From NCBI GenBank assembly GCA_963821995.1, contig CAWGFZ010000001.1, positions 183,897 to 247,896 of the forward strand: 64,000 nt of DNA. The letters run 5' to 3'. The notes under the pieces were generated by a model. That model saw only the letters and a list, made by a program, of their open reading frames with translations, did no database searches and was not told where the DNA came from. Shown piece by piece: positions 63,598 through 64,000 of the stretch (positions are counted from its first letter, which is position 1; each line of letters opens with the position of its first letter). Both the position numbers and the translations under genes were made by a program. Source of the stretch: an uncultured Acidobacteriaceae bacterium (GTDB lineage Bacteria; Acidobacteriota; Terriglobia; Terriglobales; Acidobacteriaceae).

Positions 63598-64000
63598 GTG
63601 GGAAAACCCGATCACAACTTTGCTTCTCCGGCAGATACCGTCGCCGCTCCCGTAAACCGGAATGCGGACAAGTACCAGCGCATCCTGGATGCGGCCGTCG
63701 CGGTGTTTGCCGAGAAAGGCTTCTTCACCTCGCGCGTCGCTGATATTGCCGACCGTGCCAATGTGGCCGATGGCACCGTCTATCTGTATTTCAAGAGCAA
63801 AGAAGAGATCCTGATGACGGTCATCAATACGGCCTTTGACGCATTTATGACCCTGGCGCGCACCGAACTGAAGAAGCTGCCTGATCCGGCAGAGCGACTC
63901 CGCAGGCTGGCGTTTCTGCACCTGGACGCGCTCGGCTCGAATCGCGATCTGGCGGTTGTTTTCCAGATGGAGCTGCGGCAAAGCACGCGTTTTCTTTCCG
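63598..64000 (+). CDS. TetR/AcrR-family transcriptional regulator (FadR-like), 3' end beyond the window
   Basis: Absent from the ORF track (no stop in window). The frame reads ...NADKYQRILDAAVAVFAEKGFFTSRVADIADRANVADGTVYLYFKSKEEILMTVINTAFDAFM.., a classic TetR HTH. The start (GTG 63598 or TTG 63592) is uncertain. Confidence 0.85.
   Translation, partial: MGKPDHNFASPADTVAAPVNRNADKYQRILDAAVAVFAEKGFFTSRVADIADRANVADGTVYLYFKSKEEILMTVINTAFDAFMTLARTELKKLPDPAERLRRLAFLHLDALGSNRDLAVVFQMELRQSTRFLS

Overview
A visibly GC-rich (not computed) 64 kb chromosomal segment. It looks Acidobacteriota/Terriglobia-like: two TIGR03118-type paralogs, two TIGR03436-type VWA paralogs, and intergenic spacers packed with REP/MITE-like modules. 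Most of it is core metabolism and housekeeping. On the minus strand: tig-clpP-clpX, an operon-like run of gamma-CA, hisS, aspS and a membrane protein, mntR-mntH, ispA, fdhE-fdnGHI, bshB1, tlyA-nadK and korDABC. On the plus strand: ftsK, purD, nfnAB-like genes and lysA. The ORF track hides several things. (1) Two genes carry an in-frame TGA exactly where a catalytic Sec/Cys is expected: formate dehydrogenase-N alpha (fdnG, split into two ORFs in the track) and an exported AhpE-like 1-Cys peroxiredoxin, also split in two. Each has a hairpin just downstream of the TGA. (2) Partial clpX (left edge) and a FadR-like TetR gene (right edge) are missing from the track. (3) Decayed genes are present: a truncated inorganic pyrophosphatase, a frameshifted RelE/ParE toxin, an internally deleted PIN toxin, and a frame-interrupted secreted protein. 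(4) There is a layered system of intergenic repeats: GGCACG..TCAG..CGTGCC hairpins, GGTAGAGC and TCATCCCGAG..GAGGGAYCTGC modules, MITE-like composites with perfect terminal inverted repeats, and long hairpins built from 7-nt tandem units between operon genes. The best candidate for an uncharacterised functional module is 15.8-23.5 kb. There, two TIGR03118 paralogs share a conserved upstream block next to an OmpR/HK pair, a coiled-coil porin-like protein and a cupredoxin-like protein. All calls come from reading the sequence and translations by eye; no searches were run.
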